A DNA stretch of 64,000 nt. Source: Macrostomum hystrix. Lineage: Eukaryota; Animalia; Platyhelminthes. The notes beneath the pieces were generated by a model, which saw only the letters and a program-made list of their open reading frames with translations, was not told the DNA's origin and did no database searches. The position numbers and the translations under genes were made by a program. This document shows, piece after piece, positions 34,301 through 46,308 of the stretch; within the stretch, counting starts at the first letter, position 1, and every line of letters starts with the position of its first letter. Location: contig CATNEN010000031.1 in the NCBI GenBank assembly GCA_950097015.1, forward strand, positions 558,001 through 622,000, given 5' to 3'.

Positions 34301-37300
34301 CCTATTGCCTCAGTTCATAGCCGAGAGCCCCCTGCCCCTGTCCATGGCCCGCAGCACATCTAATTGTAATGTACGCCTGTGCGCGTTCTAAGCCTTGGCT
34401 GCATTAGTCAGCCAAGCAACTGCTCTCTGCTCTACTCGCATTTCTAAAGCACTACTCTGTGTCCTATTTTTCAGTGTGTTTTGGGCATTAATTAGAATTC
34501 AGAGCTTGACTTGTCTTGTTTTTTTACAGAGAAATAAACTACTAAATGCTAGATAGTTCCTGCTCCGATCGACCCCTTTCCTGCACCGATCGATCCTTTT
34601 CCTGCTCCGATCGACCCCTTTCCTGCTCCGATCGACCCCTTTCCTGCTCCGATCGACCCCTTTCCTGCTCCGATCGACCCCTTTCCTCCACCGATCGATC
34701 CTTTTCCTGCTCCGATCGTCCCCATTCCTGCTCCGATCGACCCCTTTCCTGCTCCGATCGATCCTTTTCCTGCTCCGATCGACACCTTTCCTGCTCCGAT
34801 CGATCCTTTTCCTTCTCCGATCGACCCCTTTCCTGCTCCGATCGATCCTTTTCCTTCTCCGATCAATCCTTTTTCTTCTCCGATCAATCCCTTTTCTTCT
34901 CCGACCAATCCCTTTCCTTCTCCGATCAATGCCTTTCCTGCTCCAATCAATCCCTTTTCTTCTCCGATCAATGCCTTTTCTGCTCCGATCAGTGCCTTTT
35001 CTGCTCCGATCAATTCCTTCTCTTCTCCGATCAATCTCTTTTCTTCTCCAATCAATCCCTTTTCTTCTCCGATCAATGCCTTTCCTGCTCCAATCAATCC
35101 CTTTTCTTCTCCGATCAATCCCTTTTCTTCTCCGACCAATCCCTTTCCTTTTCCGATCAATTCCTTCTCTTCTCCGATCAATCTCTTTTCTTCTCCGATC
35201 AATCCCTTTCCCTCACCGATCAATCCTTTTTCTTCTCCGATCAATCCCTTTTCTTCTCCGACCAATCCCTTTCCTTCTCCGATCAATGCCTTTCCTGCTC
35301 CAATCAATCCCTTTTCTTCTCCGATCAATGCCTTTTCTGCTCCGATCAGTGCCTTTTCTGCTCCGATCAATTCCTTCTCTTCTCCGATCAATCTCTTTTC
35401 TTCTCCAATCAATCCCTTTTCTTCTCCGATCAATGCCTTTTCTGCTCCGATCAGTGCCTTTTCTGCTCCGATCAATTCCTTCTCTTCTCCGATCAATCTC
35501 TTTTCTTCTCCAATCAATCCCTTTTCTTCTCCGATCAATGCCTTTTCTGCTCCGATCAGTGCCTTTTCTGCTCCGATCAATTCCTTCTCTTCTCCGATCA
35601 ATCTCTTTTCTTCTCCAATCAATCCCTTTTCTTCTCCGATCAATGCCTTTTCTGCTCCGATCAGTGCCTTTTCTGCTCCGATCAATTCCTTCTCTTCTCC
35701 GATCAATCTCTTTTCTGCTCCGATGAATTATTTTCCTGCTCTGATCGATCCCTACTCTTCTCCGATCAATGCCTTTTCTGCTCCGATCAATCCCTTTTTT
35801 CTCCAATCAATCCCTTTTCTTCTCCGATCAATCTGTTTTCTGCTCCGATGAATTCTTTTCCTGCTATGATGGTCCCTTTCCCGGATTGTCTCATTTGATT
35901 GGATTTTCTAACTGTGTGATTCGGAGTGCCGTTTATTGCCTTGCAGCTAGTTCGCCCTTGTCATAGTCTGCCGTCTCTTTCCCATATCTAGGCGGCAGTC
36001 AGGGCCCACCCACCGTGCTCCCTTGCCGCCTGGCCTGAGTCCGGGCTCCTCTGCTCAGCCCTGGCTCAACCCGATCCTCCTTTCCCCACTCTGCCGGGGT
36101 GGAGTAACCAACGCTGGCCCTGGCCCTTGCTTAGTACTCTACCAAGCCCTCTAAGCCCGGTAGGAAAGGCCCTTCTCTCTTTGCTTCCCTCTTCTCTTTC
36201 CCTATGTTCCCCACCCTTTTTACTCTCCTTTACCTCCCGCATCCACCGTTGGGGACTAGACAGACAGTAAAGGGAGAACTGGGGGCGCGGGGGAAGCAGA
36301 ATCGAAAGCTTAGCGACCGACCTAGGCGAGGGTCTCGCAACCCCTCCACTTTCCTTCACCTAGTCCCTAGTCCCGTCCCCAGTGCTTCCCTTGCTAGTGC
36401 GTACATGGGCCGCTTGGGCCCGTCCGCGAGTACCGCAGCAAGCAGAGGCTAAACAGAATGAAGCAGCAGAGCGAGGAGAGAAAGGGGTTCCTCACGCGCT
36501 TCTACCTACTTCTCGATCCGCTGCCCTCAGTGGGTCTCCCCCCACCCCAAAATAGCAGGCCCCACTTCTTCCACCTGAAATTCTTTCAGGGCCTGGCATC
36601 ATTCGGGCCATGAACCGAGGTCTTATCTCTCACTCCCCCTCCCTGTCCCCTGCCCTCCTGTCCGCCTTCTTCCTGGCCCGTGGTTTTTACGGGAGGGTGT
36701 ATTTAAGAGCAGGGGAACCGGCTTGACAACCCCACCCGGATCCATACCTTGGCTCGGCGGCCTTGTTAGTAGTAGCTGAGCTGGGACTGGGAACTTACTG
36801 GCTGCTGTTTAACCAACAGCTCTGTGCCGCTTAACTCCACCAAAGTCTCTTCCAGTCTCCTATGCCACCCATATCGCCCTGCCGCTCCACGTGTGTCCTT
36901 TAAAATCCGCGTCCTGTCCAAAATAATCAAATACTTCAATGTGTGATGTCTGTTTCTGCTTAGGATGGGGTTGCTTAATTGACTCTCAAATCTGATACGA
37001 TTGCTGATTATCAGATTGTCTGATTATCATCGGATTGAGATGCTAACCTTTTTACCCGCATTGCTACGTATCTGTATCTTAATAAACAATTATCAACAAA
37101 CTAAAAATCTGACGAGTGGGAAACTACGAGCATTTAATCCGCTTTATTAAAAAATTTGCCATCGTAGACACGCTATACTACTAGGGATAAGTAGTATGAG
37201 CGATTGTTGCTTAGATATTAAAATTGCGATTTCACTGCAGAATGACAGCGAGATGATCACGGACAATTCGCTGATCATGGACTCTGTGGCTTCAATTCGC

Positions 37301-39333
37301 GGTAGCAGCATACTCACCATGTCGCTGGAACCGGAATTCGACGAGCGAGTCCCTCCCATGATCAATGCCAACTTCAAGGCTTTTTCTGGGCAAGCCACTG
37401 CAGTTGCGCCGGCGGCGGCCGTCACGGCTGCCTCAACTAGTACAGCTGCTTCTGCTGCTGTCGCCACTCCATGCAGCGTCGACTCCAACGACAGATCGAC
37501 ACCGAAGCCTTTGTCTGGCAATCTGACATTTCACCAGGCTACCACCGCCTCAATGGCTTCCAAGTCGGACAAGGATAAGGCGTCGCTGAAAATGGTAATT
37601 TGCCGATAATTAAAATGCACAGTTAACTGTTCTGCATGCTTCCTTTTAAGCAAAATCACTTAGTTGCTTTTGCCAGATTTTTTAATTGCATTTGCCATTA
37701 AATTTAATTACCAGCCTTGGATTATTGTCTGCTTAGGTCGGCTCATGTGTTCAGCTTTAGTTTTAAAATCAGCTTTGATGAGCCCCTGTGTTCAGCTTTG
37801 GTTTTAGGTCAACTTTGGTCAGCCCCTGTGTTCAGCTTTGGTTTTAGGTCAACTTTGGTCAGCCCCTGTGTTCAGCTTTGGTTTTAGGTCAACTTTGGTC
37901 AGCCCCTGTGTTCAGCTTTGGTTTTAGGTCAACTTTGGTCAGCCCCTGTGTTCAGCTTTGGTTTTAGGTCAACTTTGGTCAGCCCCTGTGTTCAGCTTTG
38001 GTTTTAGGTCAACTTTGGTCAGCCCCTGTGTTCAGCTTTGGTTTTAGGTCAACTTTGGTCAGCCCCTGTGTTCAGCTTTGGTTTTAGGTCAACTTTGGTC
38101 AGCCCCTGTGTTCAGCTTTGGTTTTAGGTCAGCTTTGGTCAGCCCCTGTGTTCAGCTTTGGTTTTAGGTCAGGTTTGGTCAGCTCCTGTGTTCAGCTTTG
38201 GTTTTAGGTCAGCTTTGGTCAGCCCCTGTGTTCAGCTTTGGTTTTAGGTCAGCTTTGGTCAGCTCCTGTGTTCAGCTTTGGTTTTAGGTCAGCTTTGGTC
38301 AGCCCCTGTGTTCAGCTTTGGTTTTAGGTCAGCTTTGGTCAGCTCCTGTGTTCAGCTTTGGTTTTAGGTCAGCTTTGGTCAGCTCCTGTGTTCAGCTTTG
38401 GTTTTAGGTCAGCTTTGGTCAGCTCCTGTGTTCAGCTTTGGTTTTAGGTCAGCTTTGGTCAGCTCCTGTGCTGAATGTTATGTTAAATTTGTTTTTGGTT
38501 TGCTTTGATTTTACATGAACATAGGCTTAAGGCACAAAAAGAACGCTAAAATTATGGATATACGAGTATTATACATATTTACAAACAGATGCATCTAAAG
38601 AAAAATAACGTGCTGCGGATAAAAGTTTAATAACAGTTTGGTCTAGTTGGGTTACAAACAGCTTTTGTGTTTGTAGACGAACATGGGCAGTTCAGTCCAT
38701 GGACTGGGGACCCAAATCTCAACTCCAGCTAATGCTGGTACACGTACAAGTTACGAGGTACAGGTCCGATGAGACCTCTCGTATTTTAGTTTTGCTATTC
38801 CTCATCGCCACTGCCTAAAACTCTCCCAGATCCCCGTGGAAAGCTTCGGCAAGCGCTACGAGGTGCTGACCCGCAATCTGCGCCTGATGGGTGGCCGGCT
38901 GCTGATTGGGCAGCGGCTGGATCGGGGTACCCTTGACTTTTCCTGCCAGTGCCGCTTCTGTCGCAGAGTAGTGAAGCTGAGCAAGCCGAAAGCCTACAAA
39001 TTCAAGATTCACCTGCGCACCTGTAAGGAGCGTCGGAAAACTCAGCCGGACGGCACGGCTGACGACACGGATGTCGATACAGACATTGCAACGGACAACG
39101 CGCAGCAATTGCAACAGCAGTCGGGAGCTGCTGCTGTCGAGGAGGATGATGATGAGCTGCTGGAGGACGATGGAGAGCTGGTAGATACTGAGCAGAACAG
39201 TCTGCTGGCTCCGCAGGTAGCTCCGGACAGAGGCGGGCAAGCGGCTGCTGCCAAAGCTGAGTTCTCGGAAGCCGATTGCAAATCGCCACCGTCACTCGGC
39301 CTGGCACTTCCGGCACACGAGATTCCTGCCTGA
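31380..39333 (+). CDS. C2H2 zinc-finger protein (~574 aa); exons 31380-31628, 31730-32350, 37241-37594, 38830-39333
   Basis: Fingers CNQC..EHCMSH, CQQC..EHTQAWH and CQFC..RHYLGVH, plus a C-terminal CRFC...KIHLRTC (BED-like C2HC). Q/A/S/T-rich linkers. Three phase-0 GT-AG introns. Confidence 0.75.
32620..36900 (+). repeat. Pyrimidine-skewed GC-rich decayed repeat segments (32620-33640, 34040-34360, 35980-36900), possibly LINE remnants
   Basis: Composition differs sharply from the AT-rich intron. Weak APE-like traces (GIIRAMN, LDNPTR) near 36600-36740. Not classifiable with confidence. Confidence 0.3.
34555..35860. repeat. 21-bp tandem array with 105-bp higher-order unit
   Basis: Units CTCCGATCGACCCCTTTCCTG (5' part) and CTCCGATCAATCCCTTTTCTT variants (3' part). 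A 5x21-bp block recurs at ~35320-35700. Lies in intron 2 of the ZnF gene. Confidence 0.95.
37748..38470. repeat. 40-bp tandem array (~17-18 copies)
   Basis: Unit GTGTTCAGCTTTGGTTTTAGGTCA(A/G)CTTTGGTCAGC(C/T)CCT, in intron 3 of the ZnF gene. Confidence 0.97.
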
Positions 39334-42300
39334 AGTTCTGATTCTGCTGCTGGAGGCATCTATCTGATCTAAAGCACAGCTTTGTTACGAGTACAACCGA
39401 ACTTTTTCCCACTCATCACTTTGTGCTGCACATTGTGTGAGGCACGGACACGGCTCGCATGAAAATTTTCTATGACAGTGATCTCGTTATGTTTTTGTTA
39501 AATTCGATTAGTTTTCTAATTACTGTTTTGTTTGCGGTCCTGCACTTCGCCCCTTAATCCGCTTTAATAATGTCCCCAGACCTATATACGTGGCCATTTG
39601 TACACCTATCACCTTGATTTGTTAATTTTATTAGATTTCTTTGCTGATTGTAGCCCAATGTGTCTGGGTCCAGATGCTGTTAAAAAATGTGACATATTAA
39701 TCATGCTTTACCGGCTATGACTTTCTACATTTTTCAATCTTATTGTTTGGTGCAATCACTGGAATTTGTAATTCTGCTTGTGATTTTAGTGCGAACGTAT
39801 TTTAGCTTCTCTTAAGTATTTGCTTTTCTCTTTATTGAAGGTCTGATTGTTCTCTGAGCATATTTATTTAGAGTGAGAGCACATGAGAACTTTTTGATTG
39901 TTAAACGATTTGTATTTACTTCCTCTATTATAAAAAATTAGTATCCATTTATATTGTTTCCTCTATTTCATTGAGCTCGGTATTAGCAAATCATATTGGC
40001 TGTCCAATTCTTTTTTTAGTTCGTTTTTGTGTAAACATAGCATAATTATTTGAAATCCGACACTATTAGCTCTCGGAATCCACCCAGAAATCGTTCCAGA
40101 AGAAGCTTAAATAGTTCTCTGCCATCGGAATCCACCCAGAAATCGTCCCACAAGAAGCTTCACTAGCTTTCCGCCATTGGCATGCCAGTTGCATAGCATT
40201 GTACACCATGTGCTCAGCGTTGATTCTGCTAGCTTGGAAAGAGCGAACAATATTGTATCTATAGGATTCTTGACTCTGTATTGCGTGTAAATTATTCTTA
40301 AGCTTTTTCTGTTAAGATTTGTTACATATTGTTACCTTAACATATTATATTTCTTAACTAGCTTAGATGCTTTAAACAAAGCGTAACCAATGGCTGTCCT
40401 GTACATCAACCTGCCTGCTAGTCGATGCAGCTGCATATACATAATCCAACTGTTTTTGCTTCTGTCTCTGTCTGTGCATTTCACTGTTCGCAGCTGGGCT
40501 CTCTCTATTTAGAGAGCTTACGTCTAGGCCGCTGTCTCTAGTGTGATGTGCTACTCATACTACTGGAGTAAACTACTTGTACTGTTATGAAATGTGGTAT
40601 ATATTATTGCTGCACCATTCTAAGTTAGAGTTACTGCTACTACCTTATATTGCTGTTATGTATTTTTTGCAGCGTACTTTTAATACTTTAAATTTGTACT
40701 GCTATAATAGATTTCCGTATAGTATATGTCTTCATGCTTCGGTGGCGGTTGCGAGATGGTTAGCAGAGGATAATGTTTTTGGCCTCTAATTGTAAAATAT
40801 TTCTTGCGTGAAATTGTAAACTAGCTGACAGGTAGGCGCAGCTTTTTGTTTCGTTTGAGTGCATAATGCTAAAAATGGAGCTGAATCTGATCCTGTTCAC
40901 TGCCATTTCTCTGTAATCTGTAGCTGTGTACTGAAAGCGTCTGGCCCTTGCGGTCCGCAGCTTGCTCTATCGCACCTGTCCTCCATGCCTGTCTATTTAC
41001 CATCTCCATTAAATATATCCATGCACATTACGATTTGTCCGAGGCAACCTTGTATGCAGTCCCACTCTGCCAACTAGGCTAGTTCTGTGCCCACTGGTTG
41101 TGGATAAAAGCTAAAGTTTTCATTTTCGCTGCTATTTTAAGGCTGAAAATGAAAAGTGAATTCTTGTAGTGTGTAAGGCCCGTGCTGTGACACGCTGCTG
41201 TGACCGGCTGCCTAGCTTATATGTGCGTCACATTCTTCTCAGCGTTATGCCGTCTTTTAACTGTAGAAAGACCACGGGGGGATAATCGCTGAATATCTCG
41301 ACGATGCTGACTCGGACGGCTTTGAAAACTAGTTCAAAGGACGCTTTCGATGGGGTAAAGCGCGACTGCACATAAACGCCTCTGGCGCAGCCAGTCGCGT
41401 CAGTCGCCTTGTTCGCAGATGATGCTCCTGCATGCAAATGTGCTTCCAAGCGAAGTCACCATGCAGTTCAAATTTGCACTCCGACACCGTGTCTCAGATC
41501 AGTGACAGCCGTCTCCGTGCTCGAGCTTCGTTGGGTCCTTTTACTCGCACAGGCCTATCACCGACAATAAATAACTATTGCCAACCATGTAGGTTGGCCG
41601 AGGGGTGCAACTTTCCTTGCAACTCGGCAGTGGCTAGGTAAAAGCCCCTTGATAATCGCCTCGAGTTCGGCGAGGTTTTTTTTGCCCAGCACTGTCTTCC
41701 TTTCGCAGCGTCTTTTAACAATAACGCTAGTTTGGATGAAAACCTTAGACTCGTTTAGTTTGGCGTGAAGGCCACAGCAGCATAAACCTTGGATGTCAGG
41801 TCACGGTCGGCCTGGAGTCCATAGCTCCCAACCAGCATAGTGATTGTCTGACTTGCTACTCTTGCCATCCATCCGCGGCCAGGTCTCATGCTCAACAATC
41901 AGGCGTTGCCAAACTATACAACTCCACGAAACACCAAGATGTCTGCATGGCCTGAAATTCATTAAATTCATAAAAAATGATTTTCTGCTGCTTCTGTTTA
42001 CGTTCGAGCGTGCTTATAACAACTTACCTCTAATCATTAATATGCCGATTCAACCTAATTGGTTGCGTACTTTTAGCGGCAACACAGCACATGTAAATGT
42101 AAAAAGGAGTGAACTTTTGGAGCGCCCTTTTGTTGGCTGATTTTGTCCACAGTCAAACTGCGAAAGTCATTTTGTCCACAGGCAAATTGTCCGCCGTCAT
42201 TGTCCGTACTCATTTTTTCGGCAGTCAAATTGACTGCAGCAGAATATGTGTCAAATTAGGGCACTCCATTACTCGTGCACGCGTACGGCAGCCGAAGGAC

Positions 42301-45300
42301 GAAAAACCTGCAGGCTAAGGAGGATAAGTCGTACGAGTACTGATTAATATTGGCGGACAATATGTTGTTTATCGATACGGTTAAGCTTATTATCAGTGAT
42401 TGTAAGCTTCCTAGCAAGCTTTCGTGCGTAATGGCCTGAATTGGGCTGATTGACATTACTTTTGACACACCCGAAATATTACGCACAGTTTTTCCGCATA
42501 CACAAAGGGCAGTTTTCATAGAAAAAAGCATAATGACTAAAGCTATGGCTGAACATGCTAGGCTATGAGAGCCGACATAGTCCTTGTTCGTGAGCTAAAC
42601 GAGATACTTTCAACGGACCAATAGGTAGATTTCATGTTTTTGTCTTTAGTATGAAATGAATGGCCTAAAAAAGACCTAGGGCCTACGCTTAAAAAGTAAA
42701 AACGGGACTGTGTTTATTGGCTTTTATTGTACCAGCGCCGCTACCATCACATGTCTGCATATGTTCTGTAATGTTTACAGACTCTGCCTACAAAATTGTG
42801 ACCAGAAAATTCGCACAGACGTAGGGCCTAGCCACATGAGATACAGTAGTTAAAAAATACCTAAGTCTAAAACTTAGTGCTAAATATAAACCCTACCTAG
42901 GCCTAGTCTAGCTACTATAGGCCTACAATAGAGGATTTTTTATTTTAATCCATCATAAAAATACATAGGCCTAAAATAGGGGCCTATTGTAAAATTTTTG
43001 CTTGTTTGGTAATTTCTTACCTACTAACCTATTTATTTACTTAATTACTTGGCCTAATAAAAAAAACAATTATGAAAGAATGTTCAATTTGCTATTTGCA
43101 TGCTGGCACATGGCACTGTGGTGCTGGTGCTGCCAGTGCCATTGATAATAAATATGAAGGCTAGGCCCTATTGAACATTGCTAGTTTTGAACATTGCTAG
43201 TTTTTTGTTCAGCCTTAAACTAAAAAAGTCAAAGGATGTCATTCAAGCTAGCATTATTGTTAAAGATACTATGAAAAGATGACTGTGCTGAGCACAAAAA
43301 CCTTGCCAAACTCAAGGCGCTTATCAATGGGCCTTAACCTAAAATAATTTTTCTAGTAAGCCTATTGCAATATGACCAAGTATGAAATTTATTGACAATC
43401 TTCTAGTTTTGCATGTTTTCTATCTTTCTATCTGAGCAGACTGAATTTCTCTTTCCATTAAATAAGCTAGGCTAAGGCCTAGTTATAAAAAAGTAATGAG
43501 AACGTAAATGATCAAAGCAAACAAAAATTCATTTATTTTTCATACAGTAGGCCTATGCACATAAAAACATGTGCAACCTCCCAAATCTTAGCCGGCCGTG
43601 CGACTTAGTTTTTGCTCTATTTATGACTTAGTTTGCTCTCATTTGCTCTCCTTTTCTCTCCCCTTTTTTCTTTTCTTCACGCCTTTTGTCCCTTGGTCCC
43701 CCCTTTGATTTTTTGCGCTTGGTCAATTGGTTTTTGCGACTTACTTTGCTTGGCACTCGTTTCACCTGGCTGGTTTGGCTAGGTCAGCCGGGTATTGCGC
43801 ATGTATGCACATATATGATATAGCACTATCTTTAGTGCCAAACTATATTTTAGTATCTTTTTATGTTTGTATTTTTTGTACCTTTATCTTTTTCTCACAA
43901 AAAATTTACTGTGGTTGCTGTCAAGTAACATAATGTCCAAATAAGCTGAAATTTTACTCACTACCCCTTAAACATCTTGAATAGTAAAACAGAAAAATTC
44001 TACATGCTGGGAAAATTCAAGCAAATGAAGTTTTGGAATGGCACAACACACTAGACACTAAACATGTAGCTAGCAGAGGCACTCTTTTGCACTCTGCACA
44101 AACAGGCAACCCTTAAGTGCACACACACTTCAGATATTGTATGCAGGCACATGCTCACACAGGTGTGTACATCTGCACTGATTTTCTCATTGTCTAGCAG
44201 TGTACATGTGCTTGATTCCCTGTAGGTTGGCCATCAAGTGTAATTATTGCACAACAAGCTCCCAAGGCTTCTCTCTGCAGTTGCACCCCAAATAAATGTG
44301 GCCTTGCCAGAGAATCAAGCTTAAGGACATTGGCGTGAGAGGCAAATGCATTAACTGCTTTGCCACTAACCCACTGTATAGGCCTAGTTGCTGTTGCATT
44401 CTGTGTTTTTGACCAAGGTTTTGTCACTGGTGGTGCTGCCAATGAATCGCTGCATCAGCTGGATGCAACCTTGGGGGGATACAAGGCTGGCTTTATGAAA
44501 CTCCCGAGTGCTACCAAAAGTGTATTTCCATGGATGACAAAAATGTGAAGCAAGCCAGTCCCAAGCTTGGTGGCACTATGGAGAATGTCAGCAAGAGTTG
44601 TAGCAAATGAAGGTTTCAACTTCCAAATTGTATTTAAAAAACTCATGTGTATACACATTTTAATGGGCTATAAGTTTTGCTTAGCATGTTTAATTGCTAA
44701 GCTGTTTTACTATTCATTAGATTAGATAAGTAAGGGCAAGAGGAGTGAGTAAAATTTCAGCTCATTTTGACATTTCACAGTCCCAAAACTTTTACAACAA
44801 CCCTTCTATATTTGTTTAAGTAGTAAAATATGTTGAAAAAACATTTCAATGAGCTTCCTGCACAAATTCCTAAGTGATTTAATTATTCAGCTTATTTATT
44901 TTTAATTTATACTGCATTATTCATTACTTTATTGTAATTGTGATTGTGTTTAAAAAACTGTCAATGGACTATTGTGTATATTGTCAAAATAGTTATTTAT
45001 ATAATCATTTTATTTTTTATTTTTTTGCTGCAAGTTACCTAGTGGAGATATTCGACAATATTTTAGAAAATTTGTGTATACATTTTTTGATTTATTGGAT
45101 TACTTGGTTTGTATCAATTTTTGTGTAATAGTGTAATCTATTTAATAGAAACCAGTTCACTTCTGTAACAAAACATATTAAAGACAATGTATTTTCAAAC
45201 TTGAATGAAATTTTGTGGATGTGAAGTGATAAATTAAAACAAAGAAAATTAGACAATGTGTTAAACATAATACTTGTAATATAAATTGTGCATGCATGGA

Positions 45301-45464
45301 ACAAAAAACAATGCTTTGCCATCCTAAGCATCACTCAAATAGCAATTAACAATGTAACAATGCGCCTTCAGACCTGTAATACACTGTTAAACTTATACCA
45401 TTCTAAGCTCTCTACTGCAAATAAAAAGGTTTTGGGGTGGCTGAAAAATTATTTACTACTCAAC

Positions 45465-45635
45465 CTCAACTATTGCAATGAGACAATGCCCTGCACTGCC
45501 CATCTGTATTAATTATATTTTCTATTTTACCAAATTTATTGACTACTTGACAACATACCTCAACTATTGCAATGAGACAATGCCCTGCACTGCCCATCTG
45601 TATAAATTATATTTTCTCTTTTACCAAATTGACAC
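45465..45635. repeat. Local tandem duplication, period ~94 bp
   Basis: CTCAACTATTGCAATGAGACAATGCCCTGCACTGCC... at 45465 and 45559. Confidence 0.85.
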
Positions 45636-46308
45636 TTGTGCTCTTTTGGTGCTCTTTTAGCATTTTGTTGAATAGAAAATAAGTTTTTGCCACTGTTCGA
45701 AAAAAAATTTACTGGTTTAAATAATTTTTTGCTATTGCATGTCACTAATGTAATTTAATGAAAATTAATAATAAATATTAGAACGAAAAAATTGTGAATG
45801 TATCAATTTTTACCAAAGTAACTTGTCACTGAAGTGGTCATTGCTGAAATGGACCAGGACCTAATAATGGAAGGCAGAGGACCAGGGTAGACAAACGAAA
45901 AAAAATGCTGAAATTCTGGAGGCAGGAGGGAAGGAACTGAGGGTGGCTGTGGCATCCCCCAGTCTATTGGCAAAGAGTGTGGTATTCACAAAGGCTATAA
46001 AATAATAGTAATAGCTAAATGTAACCATATTTTACTACCAGGTTATATTAAATAAATAAATCAAAAAGTTCAGTACAATAGACTTAATATTGGAAGATCG
46101 ACATAGCTAGTCATTCCTAGGAGCGGGAATTAAAAATGATTATAAAAATTTACTTTTATGAGCATTGTCACGAACACTTTGTTGGAATTAGGCCTATAAT
46201 TAGTCAAAGAAATCAAGGACAAGGCAAATGTTATTAAAAAAGAAAAAATTACATTTGCACTAAAATTCCAGCAAGCAAATGCAAACTTGCCAGTTCACTT
46301 AGCCTGCT

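Noticed and set aside
39002-39412. Minus-strand Ser-rich ORFs
   Set aside because: Antisense to exon 4 of the zinc-finger gene.
41230-41960. Possible decayed transposase (MULE/hAT-like)
   Set aside because: GC-richer and coding-like, but I could not recover diagnostic motifs in any frame.
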